A model generated the notes under the pieces. The model was not told the origin of the DNA. It was given only the letters and a program-made list of their open reading frames with translations, and did no database searches. Of a stretch of 62,646 bases of DNA, positions 27,123-36,808 are shown in pieces. Position 1 is the first letter of the stretch. Every line of letters begins with the position of its first letter. The DNA comes from a virus. Its lineage: Duplodnaviria > Caudoviricetes. Location of the stretch: IMG/VR virus record IMGVR_UViG_3300035703_000094, positions 1-62,646 of that record; one strand, 5' to 3'. The position numbers and the translations under genes were made by a program.

Positions 27123-27954
27123 TGTTTGTCTCCCTGAGTAACAAGTTACACAGAAAGACTATATCCCATCCCATCGAATCTTTCCACGCCTTCTCAGCGC
27201 TATCTCTTTCCCAGCTCCACTGGCTTCCCTTGCCGGGCTGGATATTCAGGCTAAGCAGAGTCAGGGCTGCCTTATCGTCCTGCCCGTCAAGCCAGAGGAA
27301 CCACGGGTTTCCAGAGTCACGCCGGGCAAGAATGCTAGGCACGGAGGAAGAGTGGCCGAGGAGTTGCATGACAAGGGCTTTGACCGACAAAAGATGGCAC
27401 TGGTATCCAAGTGGGGTCGCGATAGCTGACGCTATTTCGAGGGTTGTAAACAACCACGAGGGGAGCCAGTCGTTCTTTAATTTAGCCTTGCAGCCCACAG
27501 CCTTCGCTACTTTGTTTGTCAGGTAAGTCATCTGGGGAGTCAGGGTGCAGCGTCTATCCGACGCCTTCGGGCAGAGGCAGCCAGTGCGATTGACGTACCC
27601 TATGAGTCTTTCGAGGGGTGCAGGGTCACGCGAGACCAGGGTCCACAGCAGAACCCCGAGGAGCATGTCCTTACTGAAGCCGTCCAGCTCGCTAGGCTCG
27701 CTGAGGAGGTCTGGCGACCTTACGGGTCTTCCATTCTCAGCGATGCAGGCCGGGACATATCCGAGTGCTTCTTCCACGCCTGCGTAGCTCAGGAGGCCGT
27801 TAAAGAGGACGCAATCGCCTTGCGACGAGCGGCTTGCCGCGAGGTCGCCTTCCGAATCGCTAGATGAGGGACCGACTTTTGCAGGAAAGCCCAGCCTGGT
27901 ATTGCACCAGGGCCGAGCCTTGTCTGCTAAGTGTTTGAGTTGTAGCGAATACAT
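27112..27954 (-). CDS. Hypothetical alpha-helical protein
   Basis: 280-aa ORF coupled to both neighbours; motifs GDCVLFNGLL, RSPD, FSKDM, QWSWERD. Confidence 0.7.
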   Translation of the reverse strand: MYSLQLKHLADKARPWCNTRLGFPAKVGPSSSDSEGDLAASRSSQGDCVLFNGLLSYAGVEEALGYVPACIAENGRPVRSPDLLSEPSELDGFSKDMLLGVLLWTLVSRDPAPLERLIGYVNRTGCLCPKASDRRCTLTPQMTYLTNKVAKAVGCKAKLKNDWLPSWLFTTLEIASAIATPLGYQCHLLSVKALVMQLLGHSSSVPSILARRDSGNPWFLWLDGQDDKAALTLLSLNIQPGKGSQWSWERDSAEKAWKDSMGWDIVFLCNLLLRETNNGS

Positions 27955-28898
27955 TATTTAGATTCCAGGGCAGCGAGGCGGGCTTCAAGTGCGTCGTTCT
28001 TTTCTTTAAGCTCCTTGACTGCATTTACTAATACCGGCAAGAGATAGTCAGGAATGATAGTCAAGTAGTCGCTACCATCTTCTGCCTTTTCACCATTCGG
28101 AATAGCCATTTCAGGAATAGCAGTTGCGATATTTTGTGCAGTAAAACCAAGACGTTTTGGTCTTTCAGTATCGTCTGTTATGTAGCGATATTTTACTGGT
28201 TCAATCTTGAGAATTGTTTCAAGACCTTGCGTTGGTTCAAAATCTTTCTTTTTACGTTCATCAGATGAAAGTGGTGACCATTGATTATTTCCGTTAGTAA
28301 GCACGACGCCACTTACTCCACCGGAAGACATTGCTATTGTGTAGCCTGGAGCTGATTCGCAACGAAGCTGTGAACCGGCTGGATATGTGTACCAAAATCC
28401 TTTTTGTACACCAGATGCTCCGAAGGTAATTCCGGGATTTGTACCTAAATTGAGGTCTAAGCCAGTAATTCCTCCACCCATTTTACTTGTTATACCTACC
28501 AGCAAGTTCCCGCTGGCGTCGAGGCGCATGCGTTCTGTGGAGTTTGTATATATCACTAAAGGGTGATTACTTTCAGTCCCTACCCAACCATCTGTCGTAG
28601 TGGCTCCAATAGTAGTATTGACGTTATCAGTACTGTTTCTAATTGTAGCGTATACAGACCCAGAAGCGCCTACGTGTAGTTTTCTAGCAGGACTCGCCGT
28701 CCCAATCCCGACATTCCCGCTGGCGTCCACCACGACGCGCTGCACGCCTGCCGTGCTGAGGCCCAGCACGCCTGCCGAAACCAGGTACACGCCCGTGCCC
28801 GTCGAGTCGTTGAAGGCGAAGGACGGTGCCGCTGCGGTGCCTGCTGGGGCGCGTCTTACGTCGGATAGGATTGGGCCTGTTATTGCGCTGCTTGCCAT
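27954..28898 (-). CDS. Tail fibre with a peptidase S74 intramolecular chaperone
   Basis: GTAAAPS, GNVGIGT.SP...LHV, ERMRLDASGN; SDERKK, GFTAQ, LVNAVKEL. Confidence 0.88.
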   Translation of the reverse strand: MASSAITGPILSDVRRAPAGTAAAPSFAFNDSTGTGVYLVSAGVLGLSTAGVQRVVVDASGNVGIGTASPARKLHVGASGSVYATIRNSTDNVNTTIGATTTDGWVGTESNHPLVIYTNSTERMRLDASGNLLVGITSKMGGGITGLDLNLGTNPGITFGASGVQKGFWYTYPAGSQLRCESAPGYTIAMSSGGVSGVVLTNGNNQWSPLSSDERKKKDFEPTQGLETILKIEPVKYRYITDDTERPKRLGFTAQNIATAIPEMAIPNGEKAEDGSDYLTIIPDYLLPVLVNAVKELKEKNDALEARLAALESK

Positions 28899-28919
28899 GT
28901 TTTAGTTCCTTTCAAGTTC

Positions 28920-29939
28920 TTATAGTTCTGCAGATATGATTCCAACAAAAGTTATACCAATCGGTACCCAATTCACCGACCCTTTACTTCTATTTACATA
29001 AAATCTAAATCCGGTTGTGTCAGCAGCCATTATTGTATAATTTTCATTAGTTAAACCAACCTCTCCTGTACTGTCAAAAAGATACGAAACCCCAGTTGGA
29101 GAAAGAGTAGGGGCGGCTCTCATACTTTTTTGAATACTAAAATAAGACCGTGTATTAGAGACATCAACCTGTCCAACTAAATACATTGGTGCATTGGTCG
29201 TAGTTACTAAGCAATACCTCTGACACAACGCAAGTTCAAGCGCGTACGGTCTTCTTTCAAATGGTGTCGCAGTATTTCCGACTTCGAGCTGTACTTGGGC
29301 GATGTCAATATATCGTCCAGCATTTCCTGCTACCAATGGGAATATAGAGATTTGCAGATAAGAACTGTTTGCGTCTGTGCCTAAACTTTTACCAGATACT
29401 GAAGGCACTGTAAACGTATATGTATATTTAGTCCAAGTAGTTGTGATTGCTTGAGATTGTTGTACAATCGTATTGACCGCAGTAGAGGGACTTCCGCCAG
29501 TACCAAAGTTTTGATTAATTGTAATTGCGCCCTGATTTGTACCAGCTGCCGGATTGATTGTAAGTGCCTGGTCTGCCCTTGCCCAGAAAGAAAGAGTCAA
29601 AGTTTGTCCAGAAGTGCGCGTAACATCTTCTATACGCTGTGAAGTTGCGACAAATTCAACGGCAGTTCCGATAGCATTTAATCTTAGTCTATGAAAATAT
29701 CTTGGATTATTTGGTACATCGGTTTGTCCAATACCAAACACACCCAGGTCTACACTGAAGTTTACCGTATCATTCTTTGTTATACGCCAACGGTCTGCAA
29801 CATACGCATCTGCAGTAAACGGCCCTAAGCTGCCCCCGCGCTGCCAAATATCGAAGTTACCGTTAATCAGCAAATTTCTGAAATTTAGGCCGGAGTTAGC
29901 CAGGTCTCCGTATGCCCCTAGTAGTGCTGTGTTGCTCAT
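28920..29939 (-). CDS. Tail fibre/receptor-binding protein with a carbohydrate-binding-like domain
   Basis: RNLLINGNFDIWQRG...QVQLEVG..ATPFERRP...ELALCQRY. Confidence 0.8.
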   Translation of the reverse strand: MSNTALLGAYGDLANSGLNFRNLLINGNFDIWQRGGSLGPFTADAYVADRWRITKNDTVNFSVDLGVFGIGQTDVPNNPRYFHRLRLNAIGTAVEFVATSQRIEDVTRTSGQTLTLSFWARADQALTINPAAGTNQGAITINQNFGTGGSPSTAVNTIVQQSQAITTTWTKYTYTFTVPSVSGKSLGTDANSSYLQISIFPLVAGNAGRYIDIAQVQLEVGNTATPFERRPYALELALCQRYCLVTTTNAPMYLVGQVDVSNTRSYFSIQKSMRAAPTLSPTGVSYLFDSTGEVGLTNENYTIMAADTTGFRFYVNRSKGSVNWVPIGITFVGIISAEL

Positions 29940-29989
29940 GTTCGATTATCTCCTCATCTGCGGCCTTCCGGCCTTGCTTCGTCGTAGCT

Positions 29990-32623
29990 TTATGTCAATT
30001 GGTACGTGAAGTTAAAAGTATCCGAAGGAATGTTGTTAAAGTTCCAACCAGATGGATAGCCAGCTCCGGCAGCGGTATAATAAGATTGTATTGACGCATT
30101 GTTAAAGTAAAACAAACCAGCACCCAAAACTAATCCACCATTACCAGAATATCTAATAGCCACATTAGCCATGGTAACTCCGGCTCCTATTGCGTATCGC
30201 GTAGGAACTGAACCAAAATCCATTGCTGCTGTTGCATTTGTTATGGTTGCACCAGTATTAATATTTGGAATACGTATATTGGCTAATTTATTTCTACGAG
30301 ATAGCGTTAAATTGTAACTTCCACTAGCATTAGCAAGAGTCCACGTTCTTGCGAGCCAGAACACCTCGCTGACATCTAACACTTTCCAGTTTGCCGCTGT
30401 GCTAGGATTGTCTATTAATGCCATAAGCTCTACAAATCCAGTACCATTAATTTGAGCTTCGGCGATTGACGGAGAAGTAAAGAAACAGTTTGTTTCTGTA
30501 CTGCCAGTCAGCTCAACTTCAATTCGTACTCTGTATCCCGCTTTTACGTTAGTGGGCAGAACTGCTGTAATAGGGGCCGCAGGAGAAGCTACAACAACTC
30601 GATACAAACTGGGGCCGGTAGAGGTTATGTTAAAGTTTCCGGTTGATGTAACATTTGCAAAACCAAGTGGCGATATTGCAGAACCGTCTGGAACAATAGA
30701 ACCTACACTAATACTCAAGGGCAGCGTTGCTCCCACTGCCGGGGCATTCAGGGCGTAGTTAATGTATGCCGACGTAAATCCTGCCACGTTTGGCAATGTG
30801 ACTTGAATCATCCCTGCGGCAGTTATGCTCACACTGAAGCCTGTCGGAGGTGTATCGCCGGTTGTCTGGTAGGACAGATTGAAGTCTGTCGCGTTGCCAT
30901 TCTTTGCGAACTGTGCCTGCACATAGAAGCGTGTATTGACGGTGCCGTCGATGAAGACAGTACCAGCCAATGAACCAGCTTCGTAGTTGGCTGCATCTTG
31001 TACAGAGGTGGTTGTATTATTAGCAAGCGAGATAGTTGTGCGGGCATTGGCTGCACCTACGACTGTCCCGCGCATATTGTAGAAGAACATCTTGGCTGGG
31101 CTAGAGGAGAAGATGATACCGAGTGGCTTGCTGACTTGCCCGACTACGCTAGGCTCCGTCGCGGTCATCTTGCCTGCTTCACTAGCCGAGAGGAAGACTG
31201 CCTCGCCTACGCCGGGAACTGAGCCGCCCTCGAAGTCATCTGCCGAGATAACCTCGATTGCGCCGCCTGTAGCCAGCTCGAATGTATCTGCGTCAATGAC
31301 GTTGGCCAGGATACCTACAACCTCAGCTGTATTGGCTGCGGTAGCTATTGCAGAGGTATAGGTAGTGCCGTTGAGATAGAGGACCTTGCCTTTGTCTGCA
31401 GCATTTGTAAAGCCGTGAGGTGCGGGTGTGGTGACCTGAGTTACTGTACCGCCTGCTCCACCGCCTGTACCACCTACCACTGTCCATTTGTTGACGGTGC
31501 CAGTGCGGTAGACGAGGAAGAGGGCAGCCTTATCTGCCAGACTGACTGGGCCACCTGTGCCTGTAATAATTTGACGACTTGCGTTAGAGCCTGATTCATT
31601 GTCAATAAGAACAGAGCCGCCAGAGCGGTTCAGGATGACCAGATGTTGGCCTTCACTATTCTGCACATTTATTTGGTTGACAATGTACGAACCAGCCACA
31701 CTTGCAGTCAGGGTGATAAGACCCGTGCGATTCGTAGCAAAGACTTCGTTTGTTCCAGGAGACAAGTTAGTCAGAGCGGAATCTGCAACCTGGGTCACGA
31801 GACCATCGAAGGTTTTCAATTTGACGTTACTGTTAGCTCCATCCTGAGTCAGGATTGCCGTGTTATCCGGGATGCTGTTACCGCTGACGATTACGCCTGT
31901 ACCGTCTCTACGGATAACCTTGTTGGCATCTGCAAGGACTGTGGAAAGTTTGCCGATGGAGACCGATGTGTCGGCCAACTTGCTACCTGCAATGTTTGCA
32001 GTAGCAGAAACATCTGCGTCAACGATGAGAGAGGTAGAGAGTGCACCTGCAACGCTGTTGTGGACAACGCCTGCAGTATTGAGGCCAGTTACGGTTGCAT
32101 TGGTTACGCTCAAGTCACCTGTGGTAGTTATGGTCTGTGCACCGAAGTTAGGACTAACCTTGGTTCCTGCGATAGCTGCCGTTGCACTGACATCGCCGTC
32201 CACGATAGTTCCATCAGCAATCATTGCCGAAGTAATTGTACCGCTGTCACTACGTGTGACCAAGATACCGCTTGTATCTGGCAGCGTGAATGTGCGTCCG
32301 TTTGTGAGGCTCTCTGTGGAGATGGTGGCTGCGCTACCATTCTCGCCTGTAACCAACAACTTATTGGCAGCCGATGCTACATTTACTTTGCCAGCTGCAG
32401 GAGTTGCAGCCGTGCCGTCAATAACGGGCGAAGTGAGTGTTTTCTTTTCGAGTGTCTGTGTCTGCTTGTCGAGGACGAGTGTCTGGGCAGCATCAGCTCC
32501 CATGTCAGGGATATTAATAGTTTTATCTGAAGCGCCGGACTGTGTTGCCGGCTCTACCGTAATCTCTTTTCCGTCAAAGAATTTGATTCTAGTCAGGCGT
32601 TCCCAAAGACCAAATACTTTCAT
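29990..32623 (-). CDS. Tail fibre protein
   Basis: QTLEKKTLTSP and IVDADVSATA.IAG.K repeats; Thr/Ser/Gly/Ala-rich; variable C-terminus. Confidence 0.75.
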   Translation of the reverse strand: MKVFGLWERLTRIKFFDGKEITVEPATQSGASDKTINIPDMGADAAQTLVLDKQTQTLEKKTLTSPVIDGTAATPAAGKVNVASAANKLLVTGENGSAATISTESLTNGRTFTLPDTSGILVTRSDSGTITSAMIADGTIVDGDVSATAAIAGTKVSPNFGAQTITTTGDLSVTNATVTGLNTAGVVHNSVAGALSTSLIVDADVSATANIAGSKLADTSVSIGKLSTVLADANKVIRRDGTGVIVSGNSIPDNTAILTQDGANSNVKLKTFDGLVTQVADSALTNLSPGTNEVFATNRTGLITLTASVAGSYIVNQINVQNSEGQHLVILNRSGGSVLIDNESGSNASRQIITGTGGPVSLADKAALFLVYRTGTVNKWTVVGGTGGGAGGTVTQVTTPAPHGFTNAADKGKVLYLNGTTYTSAIATAANTAEVVGILANVIDADTFELATGGAIEVISADDFEGGSVPGVGEAVFLSASEAGKMTATEPSVVGQVSKPLGIIFSSSPAKMFFYNMRGTVVGAANARTTISLANNTTTSVQDAANYEAGSLAGTVFIDGTVNTRFYVQAQFAKNGNATDFNLSYQTTGDTPPTGFSVSITAAGMIQVTLPNVAGFTSAYINYALNAPAVGATLPLSISVGSIVPDGSAISPLGFANVTSTGNFNITSTGPSLYRVVVASPAAPITAVLPTNVKAGYRVRIEVELTGSTETNCFFTSPSIAEAQINGTGFVELMALIDNPSTAANWKVLDVSEVFWLARTWTLANASGSYNLTLSRRNKLANIRIPNINTGATITNATAAMDFGSVPTRYAIGAGVTMANVAIRYSGNGGLVLGAGLFYFNNASIQSYYTAAGAGYPSGWNFNNIPSDTFNFTYQLT

Positions 32624-32625
32624 TA

Positions 32626-35289
32626 TTAGATTCTCCTTATTAGAACTTTCCAGCCAGAACCAGTGGGTACCTCAGACGCAGTCAATGTCACTGTGTTTAC
32701 ATCAGTACGCACGACGGAGTCTACCAAAATATCCTCAAAGGTGTCCAGTGAATAGATTTGAATGAGTACATCACGGCTTGCTAGATTATGTGTGATAACT
32801 TTACTTGTGCCATCTGCTGTTGCCCAGGTCGCGGTGAAGTTGGCACCGGACAGATTGGCGATAGCCTGCAGGCTAACCTTCTTGAGGTTATCCGAGTCGG
32901 AAGCATCTGAAATAAGTAGATAATCTTCTGCTGCAGGGCTGACTTGTGTTTTGCTTGTGATAGCCTCTTTCTTGAGCGTGAGGGTCAAGGCATTGGAGGC
33001 ATCATCGTAGGTAGCTTGCAGGTCATTCGAGGAGCCTACGAGGTTAGCTCCTACGACATCCTGTACAGCCTCGGTAAAGTCAGTAATCTGTGCAGCTGGG
33101 ATAGCAATGCTTTGTTCTGCTGCAGAGGTCAGGCGACCCTTATTGTCTACAGCGATTGTAACAGTTTTGGAAGCACTACCGTAGCTGCCGTTAGTAACGC
33201 CGGTAACTTTAAGAGCAAAGCTAAGCTGGTTACCAGTATCGTCATAAGTTTTAGCAATCTCAGTAGAGTCGATAAGTAGTGCATTGATGGCATCCTGAGC
33301 CAGCTCATCGCTGAAGAATTTGTTTGTTGAGCCTTCAGTAATATTGTCTGTATTGATGGTTGCTTGACGTAGGCTGAATGTAATCGAATCAGGGCCTGAG
33401 CCGTGGGCGATGGTGACACCAGAGGTGACGCCATCATTGACGGCAATCATTCCCTTGACCTTGGTATTGACGCGAGCATCCGTGTAGTAGAGACGTGCGC
33501 CTTCAGGCAAGTCTGTGGTACTGAATGCACCGATATTCAAGGTCGGAGTCAGTGTACGGTTGACTGAATTGTAACTCCAAGTCAATCCTGTGGCTGCTTG
33601 AATAGTCGCATTCACTTGGTCCGAAATCATCTGGTTACGGTTAGCTGAACTATTCAAAGGAGATGGCAGGTCTGTTTCTTGCAGCTGACGGAAGTCCGGC
33701 GTACCTGTAGAACCGATAGGAGAAGCAAAGACCTTGTTGGCTGTCTGATTAGCCAGGACTATGTCAAATTGTCCTGTAGCTGTAATGAATGGAATAGAGT
33801 CGCCAGGCTCGACAGGGATTACTGCACCAGAGCCGTCGCGGGTTGTCACACTAAAGATGTTTGGTGCGGTCAAGCCTACCTTGGATACAGAACCACCTGC
33901 CTGTGAAACAGACCAGCTTGTATTGCCCAGACCGTCCGTGACAAGCACATAGTTCTGACCACCGGCGTTGGATGGAAACTTGAAGTTGAGGTCCTGTGTC
34001 TGGCTCTGGATTCCGAGTGTAGTCTTGAAGGTTTGTCCAATCTTGAAGCCTGATTCAGATTCGGCAAACTGAATACCAAACTTGGCATCCACCTTCTCGC
34101 CGGAAAGCCTGTCACCGGATTGCGAAGACCAGTCAGTATTCTTGAGACTGCCGGTCAATTGCAGCTTTCCGTAGACGATGTCGGCATTGGATGCAATATC
34201 TGCATTGACAATGCTATTGCTCATGCTGAGTGCAGAGTAGGGAATGGCGGAGAAGGTGTTCTCCTGACCGCTCATGCTCTTGTTCTGTAGTGTCTGAGAG
34301 AGGGTACGCCGCTCCTCGTCTGAGCGGTTGTCTACATTGCCCAGGCCCACATCTGCCTTGGTAATCCCGGTAGGTGTAGTGATGTGTGGAGATTGCAGAG
34401 TTTTGTTGGTCAATACCTGTGCATCCGAGACGCCTACGATTGCACTGGCTGTGCCATGTGCTGCCGTGGCTCCCGTGTGTGCATCGAAGTCTGCAGTCTT
34501 TGCACGTGTGTCAATGTCCTGCTGAAGTTCCGAAAGGGCTGACTGCAAGTCTGTGGCAGAAATGTTTGCAATGGCAGCTACGGCAATCTTTGTTGCCGCG
34601 ATTGCTGCGCTGCTGGATATATCTGCGTTATTTACTTGCCCTGCAAGATTGAGTTTAGAGTAGGCAATGGCTGCCGTAGAAGCAATGGATGCGTTGACGA
34701 TGCCGGTAATCTCATTGACTCCCGGGGTAGCATCTATTGTCTTATTGGTCAGCGTCTCTTCGCCAGCAAGTGTAGCTACTGTACCTGTGACTGGCAACGT
34801 AATTTCTGTAGCTGCGGTTGTGTTAAACTTTGTACTAAATCCGCCTGCAAGTTCCAGGTCTTGTGCAAGGACAAGTGCGCGGTTACCGTTTTGAATATCG
34901 AGCAAAAGTTCACGGTTGGCTGCAGTATCTGCTGCACCTTGTTTAGTTGAGTCATAGCGGATGGTAAGATATTTGCGGGTAGCAAGTGGTACTAGGTAGT
35001 CAGGCAAACGGAGTGAACCATTTAGTTCAAAGACACTTGCATAGACTTTGAATTCTGCTACGGGTGTAGCTTCTGAGCCGACGTAAAGGCTGCTGGTTCC
35101 ATTACCGCCTGCCGAGGGGTCGCCAGGAAGAAGACGGATGTCTGTTTTACTACGGATATTAACTGCTTCTGAATTGTCAACTTGATATACGCCGCCGAGA
35201 CGGTCCAAAATTTCCAAGTTGGCTTTGGCCTCTGTACTCAGGCCCGAGGACAGGAAGAGGCGTAGATTTCGGGTACGACTGGTGGCCAC
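32626..35289 (-). CDS. Long fibre-like structural protein
   Basis: GTG start at 35289 with GGAGG; TLTNKT, IVNADI...AAIAYSKL, DVGLGNVDN and EAVQDVVG repeats. Confidence 0.75.
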   Translation of the reverse strand: MATSRTRNLRLFLSSGLSTEAKANLEILDRLGGVYQVDNSEAVNIRSKTDIRLLPGDPSAGGNGTSSLYVGSEATPVAEFKVYASVFELNGSLRLPDYLVPLATRKYLTIRYDSTKQGAADTAANRELLLDIQNGNRALVLAQDLELAGGFSTKFNTTAATEITLPVTGTVATLAGEETLTNKTIDATPGVNEITGIVNASIASTAAIAYSKLNLAGQVNNADISSSAAIAATKIAVAAIANISATDLQSALSELQQDIDTRAKTADFDAHTGATAAHGTASAIVGVSDAQVLTNKTLQSPHITTPTGITKADVGLGNVDNRSDEERRTLSQTLQNKSMSGQENTFSAIPYSALSMSNSIVNADIASNADIVYGKLQLTGSLKNTDWSSQSGDRLSGEKVDAKFGIQFAESESGFKIGQTFKTTLGIQSQTQDLNFKFPSNAGGQNYVLVTDGLGNTSWSVSQAGGSVSKVGLTAPNIFSVTTRDGSGAVIPVEPGDSIPFITATGQFDIVLANQTANKVFASPIGSTGTPDFRQLQETDLPSPLNSSANRNQMISDQVNATIQAATGLTWSYNSVNRTLTPTLNIGAFSTTDLPEGARLYYTDARVNTKVKGMIAVNDGVTSGVTIAHGSGPDSITFSLRQATINTDNITEGSTNKFFSDELAQDAINALLIDSTEIAKTYDDTGNQLSFALKVTGVTNGSYGSASKTVTIAVDNKGRLTSAAEQSIAIPAAQITDFTEAVQDVVGANLVGSSNDLQATYDDASNALTLTLKKEAITSKTQVSPAAEDYLLISDASDSDNLKKVSLQAIANLSGANFTATWATADGTSKVITHNLASRDVLIQIYSLDTFEDILVDSVVRTDVNTVTLTASEVPTGSGWKVLIRRI

Positions 35290-35350
35290 TTGTGAGTCCT
35301 CCACTTCAGGGCGACAGCCCTGCGGTCTGTCAGGTCTTGGGAAGTGTAGC

Positions 35351-35394
35351 AAAAGAAAAGGCCCTACGCAAGTGCCAGGCACGGACGTAGGACC
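35351..35394 (-). terminator. Intrinsic terminator after the major capsid gene
   Basis: Minus strand ggtcctacgt...gcgtagggcc stem followed by TTTTCTTTT. Confidence 0.75.
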
Positions 35395-35415
35395 TTAATC
35401 TAGGACTTCACAGCA

Positions 35416-36795
35416 TTAGATGGTGAAGTTTTCCAGGACCACGCCTGCTGCAGGGTGAGTGCAGAGGAGGGCAATCTGGCCTTCCATGTAGGAAGCGATA
35501 CGGCGCTCATGGCCTCCGCCAGAAGCTGGCTTGAGGTGGAGCTTGCCGGAACCAACGTCCACAGGAGTCATTTCGGTGAAGTACAGCTGCATCATTGCAG
35601 ACTGACCAGCCGATTGCTTAGGCAGAGCGTATGCACGTTTCTGCTTAATGTACTCGGAGCTGATAACTTCGAGCGTGTCGTTCTCGTGCTGGAACACGAA
35701 TGCTTTCGCACCCTGAACGCGCTGGCTGTCAGTTACAGTCAAGCGGCGCTTATCTTCATCAGCTTCCACGAGCGAGTCGCGTGCTTCAGGAGACATAGCG
35801 AGCATATCCCATTTGTACAAGCCTTGGCCGACTGCGACCTTAGCTTCGCTCAGTGCTTCCTGCACATACTTGAGGGCAATCAACTGAGCCGAGCAGTCGA
35901 TACGAGTACCGGCTGTGATTCCGCTCATCTGGATTCCGTGAACGATACGTCCGTCGTTAGCCAAGAGTGACTCGAAACCAGCAAACACGTTCGAGACAGT
36001 TCCGTAATCAGCGACTGCGCCGGAGAGGTCAGGAACATCCGACTGGCCTGCACGGTAAACCAAGTCACCTGCAGAAACATCACCGACAGTTGCAACGGTC
36101 AAAACTGACTCATCAGAGTTAACAGCTTCAAGAGTTACAGTGTTGGTCTTACGGCTGCGGCTCACAACGCGGAGAGCTACAATCGAACCAGCAGAAACAG
36201 TAGGCTGTTGAGCTGCACCAGCAGCGGTACGGCAAATTACGAGGTCTCCATACTCAAAGAGACCGACGTGGCCGCGAGCTGCGTTTGCTGTGTCGAGGAC
36301 AACAACAAGTCTTCCGCCCGAGACAGAAGCCGAAGCAACGGTACCGATAACGCCTGTTCCGTCGCCGTAGAGGTCTGCAGCGATACGACGCTTGGTAGCG
36401 ATAGCTTTAGATTGCATTTCGAGAGCGAGAGGCTCTGCATACTTGAGGGGGCTGTTCAGTGCTTTCTTGTACAGGTTGTACTCGATTTCCACAGTAGCGT
36501 CGAGTTCCTTGGAGACAGCAATCTTCTCGCTGATACCAATGCGCTGAGCCTTTGGAAAGTTTGCGCTGAAGTTGGGGTTGGCATACTGAACTGCCGATGG
36601 CCCGAGGGAGGTCTGGAGAAGGAAGCGTTGCTCGCGCCAGTTGGGGTCGCCAACGCGGAACTTCTTAACCATCTCAAAGTCTGGGAAGGTGCGGTTCAAC
36701 TGATTGAACACACCGGATGTGAAGGCAATCTGGAGGAACTTACCGAGGGGAAGTCCACCGACGCCGTTTACGCCTGCAATTGGGTCGAATGCCAT
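35416..36795 (-). CDS. Major capsid protein
   Basis: 459 aa after the scaffold; DLYGDGTG and FAGFESL; AAGGAG Shine-Dalgarno; downstream terminator. Confidence 0.85.
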   Translation of the reverse strand: MAFDPIAGVNGVGGLPLGKFLQIAFTSGVFNQLNRTFPDFEMVKKFRVGDPNWREQRFLLQTSLGPSAVQYANPNFSANFPKAQRIGISEKIAVSKELDATVEIEYNLYKKALNSPLKYAEPLALEMQSKAIATKRRIAADLYGDGTGVIGTVASASVSGGRLVVVLDTANAARGHVGLFEYGDLVICRTAAGAAQQPTVSAGSIVALRVVSRSRKTNTVTLEAVNSDESVLTVATVGDVSAGDLVYRAGQSDVPDLSGAVADYGTVSNVFAGFESLLANDGRIVHGIQMSGITAGTRIDCSAQLIALKYVQEALSEAKVAVGQGLYKWDMLAMSPEARDSLVEADEDKRRLTVTDSQRVQGAKAFVFQHENDTLEVISSEYIKQKRAYALPKQSAGQSAMMQLYFTEMTPVDVGSGKLHLKPASGGGHERRIASYMEGQIALLCTHPAAGVVLENFTI

Positions 36796-36808
36796 GAGAA
36801 TTTACTCC

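Noticed and set aside
31643-32765. Long plus-strand ORFs of 295 and 301 aa, and similar ones near 36208, 44018 and 46552
   Set aside because: Antisense shadows of well-supported minus-strand structural genes, with no recognisable motifs.
35290-35382. N-terminal extension of the 918-aa ORF
   Set aside because: It overlaps the capsid terminator; GTG at 35289 has a proper GGAGG Shine-Dalgarno.
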